Shown piece after piece: positions 9,808 through 18,183 of a stretch of DNA of 54,432 nucleotides. Made by a program: the position numbers and the translations under genes. Origin of the DNA: an uncultured Elusimicrobium sp. (GTDB lineage: Bacteria; Elusimicrobiota; Elusimicrobia; Elusimicrobiales; Elusimicrobiaceae); NCBI GenBank assembly GCA_964442585.1, contig CAYUAA010000001.1, positions 1 through 54,432 of the forward strand. Reading direction: 5' to 3'. Numbering within the stretch: the first letter of the stretch is position 1; each line of letters opens with the position of its first letter. Under the pieces are notes generated by a model. That model had not been told where the DNA came from, made no database searches, and saw only the letters and a program-made list of their open reading frames with translations.

Positions 9808-9938
9808 GACAGAGTATACTTGAGCTGATCCCTCGGGTGTACTCTGTCGAGTGCTTCCTGCCATATTTTTATATGGCGGGAGCCGCGGCTGTTATATTGG
9901 GTTAGTGAAAGAGGCTCAAATATAACAGCCGCTTTTTT
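9808..9938 (+). ncRNA. Candidate structured RNA/leader (three hairpins ending in a T-run)
   Basis: Stems at 9808-9848, 9855-9882 and 9885-9932 with G-U pairs on the + strand, then TTTTTT. Confidence 0.45.
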
Positions 9939-9969
9939 GCGGCCTCTAAATAAAAAAGAAGGGGCCTTT

Positions 9970-11658
9970 ATGACATTTTTAGAAAAGAAGGAACATTTAA
10001 AACAAGAAATCCAAAATATTGCTAAAGAATCGTATAACAAAGAACAAAAAGCTTTAGCCACGTACATCCTTGACCACGCTACCGAAGAAAATATTGATTC
10101 CATTTACACATTTATTACCCAACGTGTTAAATTAGGGTTTACCTTTGATGCGGCCCCTGAAGTAAACCATAATTGTGTTTCTATTTGTAAGAAAAATGAA
10201 AATATGAGTTTTGGTGGAGTAAGTGCCTCTACTCATAAACTTATTATTGGTGAAAATTATGATGTTTTAAAAAATTTACTTGTTTCCTATACCCGTAATG
10301 GGGAGGGACTTGTTGATGTAATATACATTGATCCTCCCTATAACACCGAAAAAACTCAACAAGAAGGCAATGATTGCAAAGAGGATGTGGCGGCCAGTAA
10401 GTTTGTATACCGTGATAAATTTACTAGAACAGGTTGGTTAAATATGATGAGAGAGCGTTTAGTTCTTGCTAGAAAGCTGCTTTCTCTCCGCGGGGTTATT
10501 TTTATTTCTATTGATGATAATATGCAGGCTTATTTGAAGGTGTTATGTGATGAAATTTTTGGTGAACAAAATTTTGTAAGTTGTTTTCCCCGCGTTACTA
10601 AAAAAGGCGGAAAATCTACAGATGTCGCTGCTAGAAATCACGACTATATCATTATGTATGCAAAAAATATTAATAATGCAGATTTACAAGGAGTTCTACA
10701 TAATGATGACGGTTATTCAAATAAGGATGAGTATTTTGAAGAACGTGGTTATTATAAATTAAATCAAACTCTAGATTATGATTCTTTAGGGTATGTTTCT
10801 AGTTTGGATTATCCAATAGAGATAGATGGAGAGGTTTTTTATGCAGGTGGAGATAAAAAGATGTACGAAGACAGAAAAAAAGGGATTTATGAACGTGCTG
10901 ATTGGGGGTGGAGGTGGAGGAAAGAACTCTTTTTATTTGGATATAAACATGGATTTATTGAAATAAAAAGAGCTGGAAAACGCCCTCGTATTTATACAAA
11001 AACTTATCAAAAATCAACCATAAAACAGATTGATGGGCAGTATCAAGTTGTTAATTTTGAAAGAACAAAGCCATTGTCAACATTGGAATTTACAGAAAAT
11101 ATTTATTCAAATGATAATGCTACAAAGAATATTAGCAGAATTATAGGAAAAGGAGTTTTTGATTATTCTAAGCCTCCGGCTCTTATCAAAAAGTTAATTA
11201 CATTGATTACTGGAAAAAATTCTATTATTCTCGATTTTTTTGCCGGTAGTGGTACTACCGGCCAAGCTGTAATGGAATTAAATGAAGAAGATGGCGGCCA
11301 TAGACAGTGTATTTTGGTAACTAATAATGAAAATAATATTGGCAAAGCTATCACTTATGAACGCTTGTACCGGGTTGTAAATGGAAAAGGGAGCAAGGGA
11401 GAGCGTGTTGAGTGGTCATATTCTAAAGAGAAGCCTTATTTGAGTAATAATTATTGGGATGTGTTTGAAATAGAACGCCATAAATTAAAAATTGACGATT
11501 ATGAGAAAGCCAAGCAATTATTGCTGGCGGCCAATGTAGTATTTAAACAATTAAATCCGGACTATGAACCAAAACACGATTGGGATATCTATAATCAGTT
11601 GGCAAGCTTAAAACCTTATCTTGAGGATGAAAAAGGGGATAGCTATGCAATTAACTAA
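9970..11658 (+). CDS. mod: Type III R-M methyltransferase (Mod)
   Basis: IIGEN, IYIDPPYN, FISIDD, KP..LI, LDFFAGSGTTG. Confidence 0.92.
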   Translation: MTFLEKKEHLKQEIQNIAKESYNKEQKALATYILDHATEENIDSIYTFITQRVKLGFTFDAAPEVNHNCVSICKKNENMSFGGVSASTHKLIIGENYDVLKNLLVSYTRNGEGLVDVIYIDPPYNTEKTQQEGNDCKEDVAASKFVYRDKFTRTGWLNMMRERLVLARKLLSLRGVIFISIDDNMQAYLKVLCDEIFGEQNFVSCFPRVTKKGGKSTDVAARNHDYIIMYAKNINNADLQGVLHNDDGYSNKDEYFEERGYYKLNQTLDYDSLGYVSSLDYPIEIDGEVFYAGGDKKMYEDRKKGIYERADWGWRWRKELFLFGYKHGFIEIKRAGKRPRIYTKTYQKSTIKQIDGQYQVVNFERTKPLSTLEFTENIYSNDNATKNISRIIGKGVFDYSKPPALIKKLITLITGKNSIILDFFAGSGTTGQAVMELNEEDGGHRQCILVTNNENNIGKAITYERLYRVVNGKGSKGERVEWSYSKEKPYLSNNYWDVFEIERHKLKIDDYEKAKQLLLAANVVFKQLNPDYEPKHDWDIYNQLASLKPYLEDEKGDSYAIN

Positions 11659-13852
11659 TTTGCAGTTGGAAAAAGTAAATCAGATATTTCGTCACTATGC
11701 AGATGGGATTAAAAAGGTTGATTTTAAAGCGCCAACTGGTAGTGGCAAAACCCTTATGGCGATAAGTGTTTTAGCTAAAATGATGAATGAATATCAAGAT
11801 AAAAAGTTTATTTTCATCATTGCTACTTTATCCAGTTCCAAATTGCCGGAAGCCTTTGAAAATAAAATTAATGAGTATAAGCCAGATTTAGATTTTAGCG
11901 ATTTTGAAGTTGAACATATAGAATCTCCCTCTTCTGTAAAACAAAATAGTAAAAATGATATACACGTTCAGTTAAAACCTGTTAAGAACAAAGTTTATAT
12001 CTTTGGAAAGTCCACTTTTGGGGAAAAACGTATATTCACGGAGCAAAACATTATTGTGGACTTTATTCAAGAGTGTAAAAGCCAGGGATTTACTCTTGTG
12101 TATTTACGAGATGAAGCCCATATTGGTTCGGAAAGAGGTACTAATAAAAAAGAAAAAGAAAATTTTGAGCGTTTGATGGAAGAAAACGCTGATTTTATCT
12201 TAAGAATGACGGCAACTTTTAATAAAAAGGAGATGGATACTAAAAGGATTAGTCTTACTGAAGCCGAACTTAACGATCCTGCTAGGAATGATAATAAATA
12301 CTTACTTAAAACTATTTTAGAACCATTGTATAATGATTCTTTAGAAGATAGAGTTATTTTAGAAGAGGCCATTGAAAAGTTTAAAGAAATTAAAAAAGAA
12401 TATAGCACATTAGGTATCAGGCCGGCTATGTTGCTGCAAGTGGATAACGAACCTAGTAAAGATCCTATTAAAAAAGAGAAATTTTTTGAAACTTTGAAAA
12501 TGGCCAAAACATTGCTGACGGAAAATGGGCTATCCTGGGTCCAATATTTTGGAAATAGTGACAAAGATGCTAGCAATGTAGATAATATGAACTTTTCTCT
12601 TTCTAAGATTACTAGGAATAATGATACCACGGATTGTATTATTTTCAAGATTGGCCCTTCTACCGGGTGGGATATTCCTAGAGCTTGTATGCTTTTACAG
12701 TTGCGAAACATCTGCTCGGATTCATTACGTATTCAAACTATTGGAAGAATTAAGCGTAATCCATATCCTAATTTAGAAAAAAATCCAATCACAGATAAAT
12801 ACTATTTGTATTCTAATGAAGAGCAAAAAAACGATAAAGACAGCAATGTATATGAATACAAGGTAAAACAGCACTTTTTACAGGAAAAGTTTGTTGTTAT
12901 TAAAATAAAAAAGAACAATAAAGACTTTTGTGATCCTACTGTTCTAGCGACAGAAACAAAAAAATTTTTAGAAGAGAAACAATATGTTATTGCTCAAAGA
13001 ATTTCGGATAGCTTTAAAAATAATACATATCAAAATCCGGTAGCTAAAATTTATATACAATCACCGATTTTGTTATTGAAATTATTAGAGACGCAGTTGT
13101 CTTCGTTACAATCTTATCAAAAAAATGTACTTGGATTGATTAGAGAATATTATCAACAAACTTCTTTAAAAAACTATAAATTAGAAACTATATGGATAAC
13201 TGTATTATCTTTTTTTAAAAACGAAATTACAAATATAGTTAAACGTGCTACTGATGGTAATGTTAAATATGAGTTAGCAGAAGAAGCGATTAATCCTGAT
13301 GTTTATATGGAAATAATGGAAAGCACTGCAGAAAATAAAGAAGGAAAACAAGTAACATCGGATTATTTATTTGATATCAAAAAAAATGCGGAACCTATAA
13401 AATTACAAGTTTTAGATTCTTCAAAAGAACAAAAGGTTTGGGAGGAAATATCTGCAGCTTCTCGCTATAGGGGAGAAATAAAAGTTTGGGCTAAAAACCA
13501 AACAACAGGTAATATTTATGGGGAATATCTAGATGAAAGTAGTACTCAGAAAAAAAGTTATTTTGATTTTATTATAAAGTTTAATAACCAAAATTTACTT
13601 TATATTGAAGTAAAAGGCGATGAAGATTCGGATATCAACAGAGCAAAAACAGAACAACTTAAACGTGCTTACAAACAATATTTTTCTAATCCACTAAATA
13701 CAGGTCTTTTTCAAAAGAAATTTGTTATTTGTTTGGCTGAAGTAAATAAAGAGGGGCAAATAACACAAGTTCCTTTTTATGATAGAAATTTTATTAATGA
13801 AGATTTAGCAGGAAAAAATTTACAAGATATTTTAATGTTATTGGCAAAATGA
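11645..13852 (+). CDS. res: Type III R-M restriction subunit (Res)
   Basis: APTGSGKT, DEAH, TAT, GWDIPRAC, QTIGRIKR, C-terminal D..IEVKG nuclease motif; overlaps mod. Confidence 0.88.
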   Translation: MQLTNLQLEKVNQIFRHYADGIKKVDFKAPTGSGKTLMAISVLAKMMNEYQDKKFIFIIATLSSSKLPEAFENKINEYKPDLDFSDFEVEHIESPSSVKQNSKNDIHVQLKPVKNKVYIFGKSTFGEKRIFTEQNIIVDFIQECKSQGFTLVYLRDEAHIGSERGTNKKEKENFERLMEENADFILRMTATFNKKEMDTKRISLTEAELNDPARNDNKYLLKTILEPLYNDSLEDRVILEEAIEKFKEIKKEYSTLGIRPAMLLQVDNEPSKDPIKKEKFFETLKMAKTLLTENGLSWVQYFGNSDKDASNVDNMNFSLSKITRNNDTTDCIIFKIGPSTGWDIPRACMLLQLRNICSDSLRIQTIGRIKRNPYPNLEKNPITDKYYLYSNEEQKNDKDSNVYEYKVKQHFLQEKFVVIKIKKNNKDFCDPTVLATETKKFLEEKQYVIAQRISDSFKNNTYQNPVAKIYIQSPILLLKLLETQLSSLQSYQKNVLGLIREYYQQTSLKNYKLETIWITVLSFFKNEITNIVKRATDGNVKYELAEEAINPDVYMEIMESTAENKEGKQVTSDYLFDIKKNAEPIKLQVLDSSKEQKVWEEISAASRYRGEIKVWAKNQTTGNIYGEYLDESSTQKKSYFDFIIKFNNQNLLYIEVKGDEDSDINRAKTEQLKRAYKQYFSNPLNTGLFQKKFVICLAEVNKEGQITQVPFYDRNFINEDLAGKNLQDILMLLAK

Positions 13853-13977
13853 GTAACTTTTCAAATTAATGTTATATAGCTAATGGGTATTTTAAAACTG
13901 CTAAAAAATGCTTTCTGTTTTTCACAAAAAGCATTTATGTTATCTTATTACTTACACGGCTGTTGTACTATATGGTT

Positions 13978-15198
13978 TTAGCGGCTCTGTTCTTTGTATT
14001 TCGCGCAGATTACATCTGCCGCTCTTAGACGGTAGCGGCCTGCTTCCAAGCGGTAAGGAAGCAACCCTTTTTGGCATCTTTTTTGAACTTCCCGCACCCC
14101 AATGCCAAGGTATTTTGACGACTCTGCCGTGTCCCATTCCAGCTGGTGCAAGTAGGGTTCATAAGCGATTTGAGGTTCTTCCAGTGTTGCTAACCGTTTT
14201 GGCGTGAGCCATTCTTTACTTTTAATGGCTTGGTCTATTATGGGCATAAAATTATATATGGGCAGCATAATTGCCATTTCTGGCTGTTTGTCCAATAATT
14301 TCATCATTTGCTGGGCTTCTGTTTCACCAAACAACACACCTAATTGGCGTTTTGCCTCCACATATCCGTATTGATTAATAAAATGCTTTACCAAGCATAA
14401 ATCTTTCATTTCTGCCGGATCCATATTCAGATCTTTATATAATAAAAGTTCTGTTTCGGGCGTAACATAGGGAGCAGTATGCTTTAAATGCTCGTAAAGT
14501 GGATTCCAATACTTAGCAAAGGTCTTATCTGTCCATTTTTCTTTATGTAATTCCTCCAGTGTAGGATTTTTACCCACTAATGAGCGTATTTGCTCTGCTT
14601 GTAAGCGAATTTCCGTTCTTAAGATATTTTTGTGTTTATTCCAGCGGAAAAATTCATCTAAATTAAACTGGCTTCGGCCGTATTCATCTACTAGCTCTGA
14701 ATATTTATCATAAAAAGTAAGCTGGTGGCTTACTCCTTGAAAAAATATTTGTTTCCCAGGAATCCAATCTGTTTTCTGAAGTTCCATCTTTTCCCTTGGT
14801 GGTTTAGCCATGTGAAAGTGTTCTAATGGCACGGCTGTTGGCAAATTACCTAAAAAAATGTTTTTGCAGATTTCAACGCTAGCTATACCCTGATGCTTGG
14901 AAATGCGTTCAGAATTGATTTTAAAGCCCATTTTGCTCAATTTCAGACACAATTGGGCCATAATCATAGGGAAATCCGTTTCCTGAACTTCTAACAAATT
15001 ATTGCCATAAAGTAGTTTGGGGGCCGAAAACTCTATTTTAAAGCTTGGCCCTATATAATACTGTGGACAGTATGTTATTGTGGGGAAGTATTCTTTAGGA
15101 TATGTTTTGAGCCATTGCTTATTGGCTAAGACTTTTGGGTGGGTTTGAGCCTGTTCAAAAGCCGAGGGAGGAATGTATTGGGTGAACTTATCGAACAT
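13978..15198 (-). CDS. Rolling-circle-type replication initiator (phage CRI/Rep_trans-like) with C-terminal HTH
   Basis: IEFSAPKLLYGNN, LTFYDK, ILRTEIRL motifs; C-terminal TAESSKYLGIGVREVQKRCQKGLLP...GRYRL; likely start MFDKF. Confidence 0.7.
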   Translation of the reverse strand: MFDKFTQYIPPSAFEQAQTHPKVLANKQWLKTYPKEYFPTITYCPQYYIGPSFKIEFSAPKLLYGNNLLEVQETDFPMIMAQLCLKLSKMGFKINSERISKHQGIASVEICKNIFLGNLPTAVPLEHFHMAKPPREKMELQKTDWIPGKQIFFQGVSHQLTFYDKYSELVDEYGRSQFNLDEFFRWNKHKNILRTEIRLQAEQIRSLVGKNPTLEELHKEKWTDKTFAKYWNPLYEHLKHTAPYVTPETELLLYKDLNMDPAEMKDLCLVKHFINQYGYVEAKRQLGVLFGETEAQQMMKLLDKQPEMAIMLPIYNFMPIIDQAIKSKEWLTPKRLATLEEPQIAYEPYLHQLEWDTAESSKYLGIGVREVQKRCQKGLLPYRLEAGRYRLRAADVICAKYKEQSR

Positions 15199-15527
15199 AA
15201 GCCACCCCCGTTTGCTTATTATTAATTTTAGGTTCCATACTATTGTCTCCATTTGTATTTGTGGGGCTAAGAACACCCACACAAATTTAAACTGGAAACT
15301 AAAAACCCCCAGGTTGATAGCCTGAGGGCGGAGGTATGAGTATGGTTGTGCTAAAAGCGCTGCAACATTTTTAGCAGTAACTTGTTTACTAGTGTAAGCA
15401 AGAAGACAAAGCAAAATGTATTTACAAATACGCCTATTAAGGCAATATAATAATCCATTGGTTTAACCCTCCGTTGTTTTAAATTTAAACAATATAAACC
15501 ATAAAATTTTTAAAAACTTTTAATAGA

Positions 15528-15561
15528 GCGACAAGATGTTGTCGTCCAGCCGTGTTATTCT
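15528..15561 (+). promoter_or_regulatory. Island palindrome box 2 with -10
   Basis: GCGACAAGATGTTGTCGT-N10-TATTCT. Confidence 0.8.
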
Positions 15562-15600
15562 ATAAGTGCAGTAAAAATTACTTATAGGAGAAACAGACTT

Positions 15601-15711
15601 ATGCCGGAAGAAAAATATGAATGCATGAAGTGCAGACAAGTCTTTACTTTTGGATTTCCGCCTGCAGGTATGAAGTGCCCTACTTGTGGTGGCAGTTTAT
15701 TTAGAAAGTAA
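15601..15711 (+). CDS. 36-aa zinc-ribbon protein (not in ORF track)
   Basis: MPEEKYECMKCRQVFTFGFPPAGMKCPTCGGSLFRK; AGGAG RBS; hairpin at 15720-15747. Confidence 0.8.
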   Translation: MPEEKYECMKCRQVFTFGFPPAGMKCPTCGGSLFRK

Positions 15712-15778
15712 ATTCTTGCCCCGGGGGGAGTAAATTCTCCCTCCGGGATTTGCCAAAAGGACGCAAGGAGCGGCTACT

Positions 15779-16453
15779 ATGAGACTTATTTTTGATTATG
15801 AAAAAGGAATTAACTGGTGTAAGGTGATACATCATATATTTTTTTTAAAATATAAGGCTTTAGAGTTACAAATAGTGTATGAGGGGTGGCATAAGTGGTA
15901 TTTAACTGGGTATTGGGAACGGAAATGTTGTCATGCTAGGATCGGTATAGAAGGCGAAATTTTGGGTTTATGGTTTAATTTTAATATTTATGACTACCGC
16001 CATTGGAACAATATGGAGAACCGTTTTTATTTGGACGAAGAACCGGAAGTAGATTGGATTGGTAAGAATTATAGTAAGAAACAGTATTGGGCGGATATTG
16101 AACGCACTATAAAGGCGCACCCGGAGTTAGATTCCGGCTATTACGCCCGTTGCAAGCAAGCGTACAGAGATTACTGGCAAGAGCGAAAAGAACTGGCTGC
16201 GAAATTTAAAGAATGGGATAGAAAAGCCAAAGAACCTTTTGTTTTTAAGACGGAAATTGATTGGGCGGGCATTGTTAAAGGCGTAGATTGGGAAGGGCAT
16301 AAATATAAAGTTAAATTATTAGACACTGATGAAGTAGAAGTTTGTGGGTTTAGACGTTCTTGTGTGGTTTCTAAAGAAGATATTGTGAGTTGGCTGAATT
16401 TGTACGATAAGCAGGGCGTTTTGCTCTCATCCTATAGAGATTATGCAGAATAA
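15779..16453 (+). CDS. Hypothetical protein, paralog family A domain at C-terminus
   Basis: IDWAGIV...SKEDIVSWLNLYDKQGVLLS shared with 17492 and 17818. Confidence 0.75.
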   Translation: MRLIFDYEKGINWCKVIHHIFFLKYKALELQIVYEGWHKWYLTGYWERKCCHARIGIEGEILGLWFNFNIYDYRHWNNMENRFYLDEEPEVDWIGKNYSKKQYWADIERTIKAHPELDSGYYARCKQAYRDYWQERKELAAKFKEWDRKAKEPFVFKTEIDWAGIVKGVDWEGHKYKVKLLDTDEVEVCGFRRSCVVSKEDIVSWLNLYDKQGVLLSSYRDYAE

Positions 16454-17021
16454 TAGGCAATTTGTGCGTAAGCTAAAACCGCGCATACCCGGTGGAGGAA
16501 TGCTTGTATTTCCCCAGGGGTTAGATTATGCGTTATATCAATCTGCCGTAATGCGGGTGCTTGCATGTTATTCTACGCAGGAGTGGCAGTTCGGGCAAGG
16601 GTTTCGGGGAAAGGCAGAGGTGGACGGCTTGGTATTTGATTCCCGTTCGCTAACAGTAGAAATAACGGGTATCAGCCGGACAAAATTATTGGAGGCGGCT
16701 TCCAATTTAACCCGTAAATGTGCAGTTGCTAAGGTGATGGTGAAAGATTTTGAGTGGGGAGATTGGTTTTCTGTAAGCCGTGCTCCTGCGAAAATGGAAA
16801 ATTACGATGACGATTTTGTTAATAGTTTTTACCGCGCTTTGGAGGCTGAAAAAGTCATTCGTGGCAATGAATTTGAAAGATTTTTGGAAAAGAAAAAATA
16901 TCGTTTTCCGGGGGAGCTGTTTTATCATATCCGTAAGGCAAAAAAGTATTTTTTGCGGTATTTTTTCTTAACGATAGACAAATACCCTCATAATACGAAC
17001 TTTAACGGAGGTTTCCTATGA
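16443..17021 (+). CDS. Hypothetical protein, paralog family B
   Basis: GGMLVFP...WQFGQGFRG...SLTVEI...VMVKDF. Confidence 0.75.
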   Translation: MQNNRQFVRKLKPRIPGGGMLVFPQGLDYALYQSAVMRVLACYSTQEWQFGQGFRGKAEVDGLVFDSRSLTVEITGISRTKLLEAASNLTRKCAVAKVMVKDFEWGDWFSVSRAPAKMENYDDDFVNSFYRALEAEKVIRGNEFERFLEKKKYRFPGELFYHIRKAKKYFLRYFFLTIDKYPHNTNFNGGFL

Positions 17022-17482
17022 ATCTATTTAAAAAGAAACAACCCTCTTTGCGCGATATCAGCGTGTCTTTTCACCCGGTGGCGGGATTTCGGCCTAGTGG
17101 AGTGGCTTCTGCGCGGCGATATCACGAGGAACGGTTTCAAAACAAAAAGCGTTTTTACCGCAGTTGCCCTGCCGAAAATGACACCGGCGGAATGATTGTA
17201 TTCCCCGTGGGAAACGGGACCGCATTAGAAAAGGATATCCTCGCGTGGCTGGCGTTTTTTGCCGGGAATAAGCATTGGAACGTGGGGCGCAGTTTCGGCG
17301 GGCGCTACACCACCGAAACGGGCGAATTTAGCGATTGTTCCGTAACTGTAGATTTATGGGATGTTTCTTGGCCGGAAGTGCTTCAAGTAGCGGAAAACTT
17401 GCAAAAAAACGGTTGTCCGAACCCGGTTCTTATCAAAAACTTTGCCACGGGGGCCGTGTGGTTGCTTACGCAAACTAAATAG
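17018..17482 (+). CDS. Hypothetical protein, paralog family B
   Basis: GGMIVFP...WNVGRSFGG...SVTVDL...VLIKNF; ATGA overlap. Confidence 0.75.
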   Translation: MNLFKKKQPSLRDISVSFHPVAGFRPSGVASARRYHEERFQNKKRFYRSCPAENDTGGMIVFPVGNGTALEKDILAWLAFFAGNKHWNVGRSFGGRYTTETGEFSDCSVTVDLWDVSWPEVLQVAENLQKNGCPNPVLIKNFATGAVWLLTQTK

Positions 17483-17491
17483 GAGGGGAAT

Positions 17492-17794
17492 ATGAGTAAA
17501 AAAATTATTTTTGAAAGTATTCATAAATGTTGGGATGATATTTTCACCAAAACGGCTTTGGTTTTAGGGCCGGAAAAAATGATTGCGGAAGGCATCCCTT
17601 GGGATAAAGTGGCCTACGCCCGCATGGAGGGGCATAAAGAGTATTTATCCGTCTATCAAAAAAAAGGGGACGATAAATTATATGTGGTTGATAAAGATAC
17701 CACTATTTGCTATACCAAGGAAGAGTTTGCTTGGTGGTGGGATTTGTGGGATAAAGACGGTACTCTATTAAGTATTGCGTTTGTTGGGCTTTAA
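17492..17794 (+). CDS. Hypothetical protein, paralog family A
   Basis: IPWDKVAYAR...DLWDKDGTLLSIAFVGL; AGGAGG RBS. Confidence 0.78.
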   Translation: MSKKIIFESIHKCWDDIFTKTALVLGPEKMIAEGIPWDKVAYARMEGHKEYLSVYQKKGDDKLYVVDKDTTICYTKEEFAWWWDLWDKDGTLLSIAFVGL

Positions 17795-17817
17795 TTATCC
17801 TTACTATAGGAGAAAAT

Positions 17818-18129
17818 ATGCATAAACAGATTCGATTTGAAGATATCCGAACCAGGTATAAAGAATATGCCGATAGGATAAGGCGTTTTGGTACTGATCA
17901 AATTATACAAACGCAAATTCCCTGGGAAAAAGTCGCCTGGGGGCGCACGATTGGCAACCATCAAATATTTCCTTTTTTTCGTGAAAAATCGCCTGAGGGT
18001 ACCCCGCAATTATTTTTTATGAATGAAGGCGGCCTTAAACAAACGATGAGTAAACGCGATTTTGCCTATATGTACGATTTTTGGGATAAAGACGGCAATT
18101 TGCTGCATATTGCCTTTTTGGGCTTTTAA
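17818..18129 (+). CDS. Hypothetical protein, paralog family A
   Basis: IPWEKVAWGR...DFWDKDGNLLHIAFLGF; AGGAG RBS. Confidence 0.78.
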   Translation: MHKQIRFEDIRTRYKEYADRIRRFGTDQIIQTQIPWEKVAWGRTIGNHQIFPFFREKSPEGTPQLFFMNEGGLKQTMSKRDFAYMYDFWDKDGNLLHIAFLGF

Positions 18130-18147
18130 TTGTTTCGCTTTTTTATT

Positions 18148-18182
18148 AAACAGCCCTCGGGGTCGGTCCCCGGAGGCTGTTT
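18148..18182. terminator. Bidirectional terminator between convergent operons
   Basis: AAACAGCC-CTCGGGG...CCCCGGA-GGCTGTTT. Confidence 0.7.
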
Positions 18183-18183
18183 G

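Noticed and set aside
9845-9866. TGTCGA as an additional WYL half-site (also at 54253)
   Set aside because: No partner half-site and no TAnnnT at the N10 position
9561-10103. 180-aa minus-strand ORF and 9610-9828 plus-strand ORF
   Set aside because: The first is antisense to mod; neither has recognisable motifs or a convincing start; the region is better explained as regulatory/structured
9970-11658. Phase-variable mod (phasevarion)
   Set aside because: No simple-sequence repeat tract seen in the 5' part of mod
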